DNA of 63,716 bases, the filler included, from Chiloscyllium plagiosum (Eukaryota): NCBI RefSeq assembly GCF_004010195.1. It is 4 parts of one record of this genome, joined end to end, with 100 filler letters (N's around TTAATTAATTAA, not from the genome) between each part and the next. Parts side by side here need not be neighbours in the genome. Positions count along the whole stretch, not along the records: positions 48,215 to 59,531 come from NC_057710.1; positions 59,632 to 63,716 come from NC_057710.1; 2 more parts are not named here. One strand, given 5' to 3'. Numbering within the stretch: position 1 is the stretch's first letter; each line of letters starts with the position of its first letter. A program made the translations under genes and the position numbers. Below are positions 50,530 through 62,128 of this stretch, one piece after another. Below the pieces are notes generated by a model. The model ran no database searches and was not told the DNA's origin. It saw only the letters and a program-made list of their open reading frames with translations.

Positions 50530-51033
50530 ACAATGAAGGGGGAGTGGCCTGTTCTCCCGGCTCAGCTTTTCTCTGATTTGATTTGTGTTTTTGGCAGTTT
50601 GGCTGTTAACTGAAAGCATTCAGGCAGTTTTGAGGCTGTAGATCCCAGCAGCAACTACATGAAAGAAGCAGGTCCATGCTGATCCTTCCTCTCTCTCTGA
50701 CATCTCTCTCCTGTAAGACCCTGTGTTTGATTTTTTTCCTTTTATGCCAAGCAGTGTTTATGGGGAATGTTGCAAGTATTGGGAACAGCATCATTAGGTT
50801 GGGATGATCGTTTGGGTTTTTAAAAAGGTTAAAATATTCAGTTCTCTTTTGTTTTGTGTTTCATTTGGTCATCATGTAAATAAATTCCGTTTTGCTTAAA
50901 ACTAAGTCGTTTGACCAGCTGCATCTCTCCTCGAATATCCACTTTACACTATCCTGCTTAAAACAACTGTCAAAGTTAGGGTCTGGACCACTTTCTTGAA
51001 ATATTTTGAGGGGGTCTGGCCTGGTCCATAACA
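50530..51033. mobile_element. LTR family A copy, opposite orientation to 848-1456, truncated at the L1 tail
   Basis: Reverse complement starts tgttatggaccaggccagaccccctcaaaata, versus tgatatggaccagaccaaaccccttcaaaata at 848. Confidence 0.72.
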
Positions 51034-52036
51034 CTCTGCAGAAAAAGGCAGTGTCACAGCAGACTGAGGATATTGTGGGATCCCCGAATGCCAACTGCTG
51101 GAGTGGGATCTGGGATCTGAAGGGATGGCTGACCACATTGTCCCAGTAGCTGTCTGAGTGACAGTTCTCCGAAACGTTTGTGAAACGGATCCACTGGGGC
51201 CCCTGTGTGGGACCTCACAACCCTTGATGCACAAAATATATCCAGGCTGTTGCTCATGCTATTTGTGCCAGATCCCACAGCTTCATCTAATTTCCTTATG
51301 ATTCAGGGCTGCAGTCCTCAGGGGCAAGAGGCTTTGCCAAACATGGCTTGCTCCCCTCCCCACCAGGGGCAGGTACTGTGGACAGTACACACATCATATT
51401 CAAAGGAAGTATCATAACACAGCAGAGTTCATGAGTAGAGATTCTTTCAATGTGCAAGTTATTTGTGATCATTAATACCATACCTCAGAACTACACACCA
51501 AGTACCCTGGGAGCTGCCATAATGACAATATCCTTGCGAACTCTGATGTTCCTGTTTTGTTTTACAAGGATGATTACTGGGAGGCAAGTGCAAACCTCTG
51601 GGACCATTAATGATGACTCTATTACACAAACCCCATGCCCAACTATGACTGGGTGCAGAGGGAAGATAAGAGTGTGGCACTGTAGATGCATAAGTAGTAG
51701 CAAGTTTCAGAGAACAGTGTGAGAATCTCGCTAGGGTTCATGGAGAGAAACCTGCCATAGGATTTTAGAAGTTCAACAATTGTGTTAAAATCATATTAAA
51801 ATGATAAACAATTGACTCGGCAAGATGGCGGTGATTCTGTAGAACTGCTGTGGACAGCTCTGCCTCACAGCCAAGTCATACTGGCATTTTTTGCCATCCC
51901 TGGCCAACTTATGTGGTGGAATCATTAGTTTAAAACTTTACAGAACACATATTTGTTAATATTTGGGAGTGGGAAGAATGCCAAAGGGAAAAGGGGCGAG
52001 CAAACAGCAGCAGGGAGGACACTCCCCTGCAGCACC

Positions 52037-52534
52037 TGTTAGAAACAAACTTAACAAAACTAGCCAAGACCACCACAACTGGAAACAAGACAATTTATTT
52101 TACGATCTTGCAAGAAAGGGCGTCAACTGCTAAAGCAAATGAGCAATGAGCATTGAAACAAGTATACGGTTATACCTTTGAGCTGCGTGAGGTCACCTCT
52201 CCCGACTCCTACATTACCCAATCACCCTCGTTCTCTGTCTAACTTGTGACCTGACTGCCCCTACGTGACTTCTCCTTATCTTGATTAGATTCTACTTCTA
52301 TCTCCTTGGGCCGTTAGCTGCAACCGGTTTGTAACTATATTAACACTTGCCGTGCTAGTGTTTTCTATTGTCCTGCTTTTCTGCCTGCACAAACTTGTTT
52401 TTCCCAGAAGTTTGCTAATCTGATCTTTGCCTGCAGCTGCCCTCTATAGTTGTTTGTCAGCGCGATGCTTAAGCTTATTATCACTACCCTTTTTGCTACA
52501 TCTGCGAAAACAACACCCTTCCCCATTTCTCACA
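52037..52534 (-). mobile_element. ERV-like solo LTR (498 bp) inserted in L1 ORF1
   Basis: TG...CA ends, 4-bp TSD CACC (52033-52036, 52535-52538), minus-strand AATAAA near 52100. Confidence 0.88.
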
Positions 52535-55500
52535 CACCTACCACACCAGAGACTGCAGCATCTCCTGAACCCCCACCCGGGGACCTGACAGACTCACAGG
52601 AATTGGCTGCGGCGATGGAGAGACTTACCTTGAAGATTTGTGCCCAGGTCCAATCCATTGCATCCATGCTGCAGAAGCATGAGCAGGAGATGCAGGGCCT
52701 CGGGGAGCTGCTGGAGGAGGTGGATGGGTGAACTAAGGCCTCGGAAGCTGCGATGGAGTCCTCATCCAGTCGGATCCAGGTGTTGGAGCAGGCCTTGCGA
52801 GACCATATTGACAACCTTGAAAATCAGCTTCTTTGATAGCTGGTTGCCGAAGTATTTGGGCCTTCGCATCGAGTCCAGCAGGCTGCAGATTGAAAGGGCA
52901 TACCGGGTTTCAGTGCACAGGTCATGGCCGGTGCAGCACCCCCGCTCGGTCCTAGTGCACTTCCACTCATATAAGGACAAGCAAAATGTTGCAGAAGCCT
53001 CCAGATTACTTGTAAATGATCCGCAGGCACTGCTGTACAAGGGGTCAAAAATCATGTTTTTCCAGGATTTCTCGGCAGCTGTAATCCGAAAGAGGAAGTC
53101 CTTCGATGAAGTTAAAAAGAGGCTGAGGAACCTGGGCATCCAGTACACCATGAGATACCCCGTAGTGCTCCATTTCAGCCACGAGGACTCAGTTTATAAA
53201 TTTGACTCAGCGGATAAAGCTAAAAACATTGTGGACACTTTAGAATAAACGGATTGGCCTAAAGAATACAGTTAATGTTTGTTCTCTTTTCTGTCTTTCC
53301 CCATGTTTTCCCTTCCTTTTTTAAGTTCCTTTCTTACTCCCTAATAATTTCTTATTTGGAAAGAGGGAAAAAAACTTGGAATAAGTTGTCCTTTTTTTTA
53401 TAACTGGATTTTCTGATGGGAAATTTTGTGGATATTCTTTGCTGTCTCCCCTTTTTATTGTTTGCTCTGTTTCTCTTCTAGTCACAAGTAAATGTGACAT
53501 GAAGCCAGGGGTGGGTGGAGTGCTCATCCTGACTTTGTCTTTTTCCTGTTGACTTTTTTTCTGGCCTAAGGCTGGAGCACAGTCCGGATTTGAAGGAGCT
53601 GTGAAGGAGGGGATGGGTAGGGTGAGTGCCCCCTATGGGCCGGAGGAAGTGTCTTCCATTCAAGGTTTTATAGTTGCTTTCTTTGTAGTATTTTGGTAGT
53701 GATAGTTGTTTATAGTTATGATAGAGTAGTTATTGTGTACATAATTCTTTGACTCTATGAATCTTTATTTACTTATGCTTGGCGCTTTGTAAGCAGGGTT
53801 CAAGGGTCTCTGAAAGGGGATATGGCTAAGTGTCTTATTAAATGGTGCACCTGGAACATCAAGGGAAGTCATTCATCTGTTAAAAGGAAAAAAGGTGCTT
53901 TCTAGCCTTAGGAGAGAAAAGGTTGATATTGCTTTGTTGCAGGAAGCCCATCTTGATGATGTGGAACACCTGAAATTACAACGGGGGGGGGGGTTATGAC
54001 CAGGTATTCTTTTCATCCTTTACTACTAAAAGTAGGGGAGTGGCAGTACTTATCCAGAAAAACTTCTGTTCACATTATTAGAGCAGGTGAAATTTGAGCA
54101 AGGACGATTTGTGATACTTAAATCCCTGACACATGGGGAGGAATATGGCATTTTAAATGTCTACTGTCCTCCAGTGCATCTCCTCAAATTTTTGATTAGT
54201 GCTTTCTCTAAGCTGAGTGCTTTTGGAAAATGGCACATTATTATAGTTGAGGATTTTAATTGTCTTTTGGATCCAACAGTGGACAGGATGCCTAGTGGGA
54301 CCCCAATTATTTCTTCGCAGGCCAAGCAGATGGTTGACTTACACGAGGAGTTGGGGCTGGTGGATATTTGGAGATGTCTTCACCCTACAGGCAGGGACTT
54401 CACCTTTTTTTCAAACCCACATAAATGTCACACGAGGATTGACCTCTTTCTGACTCCCTCAGCACTTCTGGATTTGATTATGGGTTGTAAAATGGGGAAT
54501 ATAGCTCTGATCACACGGGGGTATATTTGGTGGTTAAGACCAGGAGTGAGGGGTTAGGTTTGCGGCACTGGCGTTTGGACCCTTTTCTCCTTAAGGATTC
54601 CAAATTTGTGGTATACTTTTTGAAGGAGCTTCATGAATTCTTAACTATCAACTCAGGCACGGCTAGTAGTCCATCCATGCTATGGGAGACTGCTAAGGCC
54701 TTTGCTAGGGGATTAGCTATTTCCTATTCAGTTAGCTGGAAAGGACAGAAGGAGGAACAGCAGCCTCTACTTGAGATGCGATTGAAAGCCTCTGAGGTGG
54801 CACATTTTGCGTGGCCTTTGGTGACTAAGCTCCAGCGGATCACGGCCCTCTGGGCTGCCTTGAATTCAATACTGACACAAAACACAAAGAAAGAACTTGC
54901 TTTTGCTAGACAAAGGCTGTTCGAATATAGGGATAAGCCAGGGAAGTATTTAGTGTACCTGACTCGGAAAAAGCGTGCTCCCCAATCCATTACTGCAATC
55001 AGAGACAGCGTCGGGGTCCTTACATATGATGCTAAAAAGGTTAATGAGGCTTTTTGGAGTTTTTACTCTGAATTGTATCGGTCTGAAGGTTGCGAGGACA
55101 GGAGGGCTGAAATGGAGGTCTTTTTTAAGAACCTGGACCTCCCAGGGGTAACCTTGGAACAGGCCTCTCTCCTTAATGCCCCCTTGACAGTTCAGGATGT
55201 ACAGGCCGCAACTAGGCAACTTCAGAGTGGGAAAGCGCCTGGCCCTGATAGCCTCCCGGGTGAGTTTTATAAGGAGTTTATAGGGATTCTGTCAGGGCCG
55301 ATGTTGGAGATGTACAGTCACTCCTATATGCATGAACACCTACCACCATCTTAGAGAGAAGTTAATATTTCCTTAATTCTTAAGAAGGGGAAGGTTCCTG
55401 AGGATTGGGCCTCATACAGGCCCATCTCTCTATTAAATTCAGATTTCAAGATTTTTTGTAAGATCCTGGCGCTGAGATTGGAAAGGGTGTTGCCCCATAT

Positions 55501-57220
55501 TGCTAAAGAGGACCAGACCGGCTTTTTAAGGGGCTGTAGGGGCTCTAATAATATTATAAGGCTGCTGAATATAGTCCAAGTTTGTCAGCAACGATCGATT
55601 CAGGGGTTGGTGATTTCCTTAGATGCAGAGAAAACATTTGACCGGGTGGAATGGCCGTATCTTTTTTATGTCTTAGAACAGTTCGGGCTGGGCGGAGTCT
55701 TTGCTCGGTTGGTGGAGGTTTTATATCACCACCCTCTGGCCACGGTCATCACCAACGGGGTGAAGTCTGGGAATTTTACAATTGGTAGGGGTAGTCAGCA
55801 AAGCTGCCCCCTCTCACCATTATTGTTTACGTTGGCGATAGAGCTGCTGGCAGAGGCTATTCGTCAGAACGTCCACATAACCATTCCGGAAGTGGGATCG
55901 AGGGCACACAAGAAGACACTGTACACGGATGATGTCCTTCTGTTTTTATCGAACCCGATGACCTCCGTACCCCATTTGATACAATGTATCAATTCATTTG
56001 GGGCTATTTCAGGATAGGAGATTAACTTTGCAAAATCGGAGGCTATGCCTTTGGGGAACCTTAAGGATGTGCCAGAAGTTGAAGATGGCCCTAAGTTCCC
56101 TTTTAAGTGGTCACGGGCAGGGTTCCGGTACCTAGGCCTTTTTATTATCCCCAGGTTTGATCGATTATTTCGGACTAACTTTGCTCACTTGCTCAACAAT
56201 ACTGGGTGAGATCTCCAGAGATGGGAGGGTCTTCTGATTTCATGGCTGGGCTGAATATCTTTCATTAAGATGAATGTTCTTCCTCGTTTGCTTTATCCCT
56301 TGCGGATGCTCCCTATCATGTTTCTCAGGTCAACGCTACGGAAGCTTATGGAGTGGTTTGGTTCCTTTGTCTGGCATCGTGGGCGGCCCCTCATCAAACT
56401 TACTAAATTTAGTTCCCTCAAGGAGGGAAAGGAGTTGATTTCCCAGACATCAGGAGGTATCAATTGAGTTCCCTGCTGTCCTTTGTCTGTGATTGAGTAG
56501 GGAACAATCCAAACTCAATACGGCTGGATATCGAGGCCTCCCAGGCAAAGTGCCCTCTTATTAACCTGTTGTTCATGGATAAGATGAGGACAGTTATGGA
56601 CCACTGCCGGAACCCCATTGTCATTAGTACAGTCAAGGCATGGAGGGCGATGCGTCAGAGTGAGGGTTGTTTATCCAAGACTTCGCCACTTACACCTATA
56701 GTTGGCATGCCAGGGTTCGGACCAGGGATGATGGACTCAGGGTTCAAACTATGGGCAGCGAGAGGAGTTTCTAGTTTGGGAGACTTGTTTGAAGGGGAGG
56801 CTTTGATGTCTTTGAGCAACTGAACTGCAAATAAGGGTTGCACAGAAGAGATATTTTCCGTTTTTTTCAGGTCAGGGATTTCATCCAGAAGAAGACTATG
56901 CTTCTCACTAAGCCCGATACAGAGAGGATGTTGCTACGTTCCACAAGCACCCTTTCGGTTAGTGCTCTCTATCGCCTGCTGGGTGGCAGGGCCTGGCAGG
57001 ATATTAACCGGTTATGTGAGGTCTGGGAGCAAGAGCTGGGAATGGAGATCTCTTCCGAAACATGGGAGAACATATGGGAGAATATTCGAAAGATCTCAAT
57101 CTGTAATAGGCTGTGCACTACACAGTTAAAAGTTCTGCACAGGACTTATCTGGCACCAGACCGTCTAGCGAAGTTTAAAAAAGGGGCATCTTCAGTGTGC
57201 CCCAAATGCAAAATATGTGT

Positions 57221-57453
57221 CAAAAAGCAAATTACTGCGGATGCTGGAATCTGAAACCAAAAGAGAAAATGTTGGAAAATCTCAGCAGGTCTGGCAGCAT
57301 CTGTAAGGAGAGAAAAGAGCTGATGTTTCGAGTCTAACTGACCCTTGGTCAAAGCTGTGACAAAGGGTCAGTTAGACTCGAAACGTCAGCTCTTTTCTCT
57401 CCTTACAGGTGCTGCCAGACCTGCTGAGATTTTCCAACATTTTCTCTCTTTGG
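57221..57453. mobile_element. Fold-back PLE terminus-only insertion (second family) in L1 ORF2 Cys-knuckle
   Basis: Inverted arms of ~98 bp around the palindrome AGCT at 57353-57356. Imperfect 13-bp TSD gcaaaatatgtgt/gtaaaataagtgt. Confidence 0.88.
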
Positions 57454-58601
57454 GTAAAATAAGTGTAGGTACTCTTACCCAATGCTTCTGGACATGCCAC
57501 AGGCTCCGTGTTTATTGGAGCGCTGTGGCGGGAGAGATAGGGAAGGTATTGAGGACTGAAGTCAAAGTAGACTCATATCTCTCCTCTTAGGTCTACCGAA
57601 TTTACCATTTTTAGACAGGCATGGGAAGAAACTATTTAATATTCTTGCATACTGTGCACAGAAGAATATTCTGATGAATTGGGTGTCTGAGAACCCGCTG
57701 GACTTGCTGGGATGGCAGAAATTAATTATGAAGCACATTCCCTTGGACATTTTCACAAACATGGTGCACCACACAACAGACCATTTTTATAAGACATGGC
57801 AGCCCTACTTGAGTTATTTGGATATAGATTTGTCAGTTATCTTAACTAGGATGTTTGTTTAACCAGGATGGTTAGGTTTGTCAAGCCCTGGGCCCTGGAG
57901 AGGGTCTCCTGAGTTAATACGGATATATATATATATATACAATGCTCCCGTTCCTTTGTTTGGGAGCTTTGCACTGAGCATAGCTGTTCTGTATTCTGTG
58001 TTTTTTTTGGGGGGGTTTTTTTTGCTTTTCTTTTTTTTGATCTATTAGCTATTTACTTATTTATTGGTGATGCTTTGCACAGTGTTGGGGTTTGTTTTGT
58101 ACTATAGGGTAGGTTAGTAATTAGTAGACTGCAGTTGTATTATAATTTGTGTTCTTTTTCTTTGTATTATACTGATATTTGTTGTTGATTGCATTTTTTC
58201 AACAATTTTACATGCTTGTAAAGTTAAAAAATTTGCTAATAAAATATTCGCAAAAAAATTATAAACAATTACAGACAAGTTACAATTAAAGTTACCATTC
58301 CTACATTACAAGCATTGAAATAGATACAGATTTCATAATTTAGGTGTTTCATTGGGGTCTTGGACCATGAAAAGAATAGGATTACTTTGGTACCATTCCA
58401 TCTTACATCTTTTGGGGATGAATTTAGTCAAACCTCAGCGTTGTCTAGATTTCTCTGGTTGTGGTGGCACTCCATTCAGGTATTGGGCAAATAGTGTCAG
58501 GGTTTTTCAGCACTTAATGGCTACCCTTGTTAGGAGAGTTTAAACGGAAGGACAATGTGAGACAGAGGCTTTAAGACCGAGCTCAGCCTGTGCTTCTATT
58601 T

Positions 58602-58910
58602 TTAGATTAGATTAGATTACTTCCAGTGTGGAAACAGGCCATTCAGCCCAACAAGTCCACACCAACCCTCCGAAGAACAACCCACCCAGACCCATTCTCC
58701 TACATTTACCCCATTCACCTAACACTATGGTCAATTTAGCTTGGCCAATTCACCCAGCCTGCACATTTTTGGACTGTGGGAGGAAACCAGAGCCCCCGGA
58801 GGAAACCCACGCAGACACAGGGAGAACATGCAAACTCCTGAGGCGGGAATTAAACCCAGGTCTCTGGCGCTGTGAGGCAGCAGTGCTAACCACTGTGCCA
58901 CCGTGCCACC
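58602..58910 (-). mobile_element. Full-length HE1-type V-SINE
   Basis: Head GGTGGCACGGTGGCACAGTGGTTAGCACTGCTGCCTCACAGCGCCAG, B-box-like GGTTTAATTCC, V-domain, (AATCT)n tail. Confidence 0.92.
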
Positions 58911-59404
58911 CAATTCTTGTAACCTGAGTAGTTTGGATAAGTGTGAGACTGAGGTTCCCCACGCGCACAGTAGATTCGAACAAGGAATAGAAGTTGATGT
59001 GTCGATGAACAATGGATCGTGGACAGGGAGTCCGACAGTGATGAAGAATCTGAGGAGAAACATCCAGTTATTTGTGTTTTTGTATAACTGTCCACCTGAT
59101 CATCCAACACCAGTCCATTTGGATGTATGCATCCACGGTTTTTGAGACTTGTCCCTCTGCCAGGATATAATTGCTTAACTTTGTCCAGGGGAACGTGCTT
59201 AGTTGACTCGGGTGGCAAAATCCTGAGCATTCAGTTGGCTTTCTTCACACCATTGTTTGAGAGCATTGAGAATTCCCTGAATCCATTGGCTGCACCCTAC
59301 AGCCTGGATTGTTTCACCCTTACATTATCCAAGTATTCCCAGCATTTAGGGCCAGGAGAGAGCATTATAATGGGAATTAAGAAAATAATTGAGGACTGAC
59401 AATG

Positions 59405-59531
59405 TGGGAGAGTCAGAGTCAAAAGGTGTGGCGCTGGAAAAGCACAGCAGGTCAGGCAAGATCGGAGGAACAGGGGAGTCAATGTTTCAGGCATAAGCCC
59501 TTCATCAGGAACGTGGAGGGGGAAGGGGACT
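59405..59531 (-). mobile_element. PLE 3' terminus running into a gap; decayed hammerhead
   Basis: CUGAUGA-A-GGCUUAUGCC-U-GAAAC-AUU on the minus strand at ~59513-59478. Confidence 0.8.
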
Positions 59532-59631
59532 NNNNNNNNNNNNNNNNNNNNNNNNNNNNNNNNNNNNNNNNNNNNTTAATTAATTAANNNNNNNNNNNNN
59601 NNNNNNNNNNNNNNNNNNNNNNNNNNNNNNN

Positions 59632-60214
59632 GGCCGAAGTGCCTGTTCTGTGCTGTATTGTTCTATGTTCTATGTTCTAAAACTCTGGTGCGGCCGCACT
59701 TTGGAGTATTGCGTGCAGTTCTGGTCACCGCATTACAGGAAGGATGTGGAAGCTTTGGAGAGGGTGCAGAGAAGATTTACCAGGATGTTGCCTGGAATGG
59801 AGAGGAAGTCGTACGAGGATAGGTTGAGAGTTCTCGGCCTTTTCTCGTTGGAACGGCGAAGGATGAGGGGTGACTTGATAGAGGTTTATAAGATGATCAG
59901 GGGAATAGATAGAGTAGACAGTCAGAGACTTTTTCCCCGGGTACAACAGAGTGTTACAAGGGGACATAAATTTAAGGTGAAGGGTGGAAGGTATAGGGGA
60001 GATGTCAGGGGTGGGTTCTTTACCCAGAGAGTGGTGGGGGCATGGAATGCGCTGCCCGTGGGAGTGGTAGAGTCGGAATCATTGGCGACCTTTAAGCGGC
60101 ATTTGGATAGGTACATGGATGGGTACTTAATCTAGGTTAGAAGTTCGGCACAACATCGTGGGCCGAAGGGCCTGTTCTGTGCTGTATTGTTCTATGTTCT
60201 ATGTTCTATGTTCT
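59632..60214 (+). mobile_element. Young CR1 3' end, preceded by the tail of another copy of the same family
   Basis: Open LEYCVQFWSPHY..LERVQRRFTRM..RGDLIEVYK..FKRHLD. The (ttctatg)n tail occurs at both 59632-59678 and 60161-60214. Confidence 0.92.
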
Positions 60215-60364
60215 ATTTTTGGACTCTGGGAAGAAACTGGAACACATGGAGGAAACCCATACAATTACAGGGAGAAGATGCAAACTGCACACAGACCGTT
60301 GTCCAAGGCAACAATCAAATCCAGATTCCCGGCCCTATGAGGTAGCAGTGCTCGCCACTGTGGC
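60215..60364 (-). mobile_element. HE1 SINE 5' fragment
   Basis: Degenerate V-domain and tRNA head on the minus strand. Confidence 0.72.
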
Positions 60365-61450
60365 AGATTGTGGCAAACTGACTTCCCTTAACCACTAACT
60401 TGTATAAATGAGCTAACCCAGTTCTTAATCTTCTTCCACACTTACACTGCCTCCAGTGGGGACTCTACAATTTACAAACCACTAGAATTTAAAATTTTTA
60501 ATAATTCATTTATTTGACTCCTCCACTAAGTTTTTAGTTTTTTCTGTCAATAATCAAAACTCATGTTTTCCAGTACCTCCTCATTTAATGATTTAGAGTG
60601 CATTTAATTGTTTTTAGCTTTTACTTAACTCTGTTAATTAAAGAATAACCACCTAAGACCCTAAAACAAAGGCAATCGAACCTATTAGTAAATTGTTCTC
60701 AACAAAGTAAAACAAATTGATCTACAACCTTATTTTAGATACATTTTTGTTGCATGGCACTAGATAAGCCCACTAATAGAATAACCATGTTATTTCCACC
60801 AGTGATAGTGTTGTTGCATAACTTGCAGCTGTAGATAAGATTAACTCTCCTTTATCGAGTTAAATGTTCCCAAATGGTATTGACGATAAGGAGTTATATT
60901 AACGTCTTTAAGAGGGGCATTGTTCAATGTCTCTGAATCACTGGCATCAAACTTTTCAGATCAATGAGTATAAAAGTATATGAGAACTGGACTTTTCCCA
61001 ACTTGTAAATCTCTTTTCATACTCTGCATATCTCGCAGAAACAGGTCAGTTGGCCCAACCCGTCTATTACAGCATTGATGTTCTACTCAGGCCTTCCTCA
61101 TCCAACTCTATCAAAACAACCCTCAATTCATTATCATTACTTAGCTCGTCATGCCTTTAATCATTGGTGGAATTCCACATTGTCACCATTCTTTGGGTAA
61201 ATACATTTCTACTGCATTCCCCTGTTTCAGTTCTTGTAGCTGTCTTAAATTGAGAGCCTTTATTTATGATCATTCCCACAAAGAAAATATTAGACAGAAT
61301 CATCTTCTTTCCCGGGTTGCGGAGATGAGAAGGTTTTTTGATTAGGCAAGTTGGTGGTGTCCTTGAACCCTGCCATTATCTCACTTCCATTAGAAATAAG
61401 TTCTTTCCTGCCCTTCCATGAATTGAGGCATTAAGTCACCAATTAATGAC

Positions 61451-62128
61451 TACTGTATGTACGCGTGTAAAGGTAGAATGTTTTAGGCTATTTTTAAGGT
61501 TAAATCAATGGGGTCAACTATTACATGGAAGCTACTTTTGGGGAACTGAAATTCATGCTACAGTCCAAAATAACGTATCATTAGCAGAAGCCAAATTAAT
61601 CTCGAAATGCACAAAGGAAAGAAAAGCAATGAGTTATGGTTATTATCGGATAAAGACAATAGAAACAAAAAAATGAATTAGTAAGGTTTTCTTTATACAT
61701 ATAAAAAGTGAAGTAGAAATAGAATACTGCTTTCAATTACAGTTGATATATCAAACATGTCAAATACGAAAGTTCATTAAAATCCTGCAAAATCACACTG
61801 TTCAAGTATTTGACTGTGTTCCACGAGCGCTACAAGGAAACTGAGCTCAGCTGCGATTGTCACCGAACTCTGACCTGATGCATCTTAAACTTTCATGCCA
61901 AACTGGTGTGAATTGTATATCAAAATACATAATAGCATAAAAAAAACTCATTTCCTCATTGTAACATTTATGTACAGGACTATATCTTGACTCACAAATG
62001 TTGATCTCTTATCTGCGAAGAACCAGTTTCGATATTTACATGCGATATATGGAAAAATTCCAGATTTTTTGGCCAAAAATAGGGGGTCAACTTTAACATG
62101 AAATCAACTTTTACTTGTGTATATGGTA
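61451..62128. mobile_element. Tc1/mariner-superfamily non-autonomous DNA element (MITE)
   Basis: TA-flanked degenerate TIRs (tactgtatgtacgcgtgtaaa / ttttacttgtgtatatggta) and repeated ggggtcaact subterminal motifs. Confidence 0.55.

Larger units (their letters stand above)
51814..58257 (+). mobile_element. Full-length degenerate L1 (ORF1 51978-53248, ORF2 53822-57862) with nested LTR and PLE
   Basis: TSD aaaat(g/t)ataaacaatt (51798-51813, 58255-58270) at TT/AAAA. APE motifs TWNIKG, LQE, SRGVA, DFN, RID. RT KAPGPD, DAEK, LYTDD. AATAAA before the tail. Confidence 0.95.

Noticed and set aside
58840..58910. tRNA gene
   Set aside because: The tRNA-like A/B boxes are the head of an HE1 SINE continuing into the V-domain. 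The same applies at 370-429, 14178 and 31226.
58330..59080. hAT transposase C-terminal relic (YW...FQHL, acidic DSDEESEE tail) split by a SINE
   Set aside because: Similarity too weak and frames broken. No TIRs or 8-bp TSD identified.
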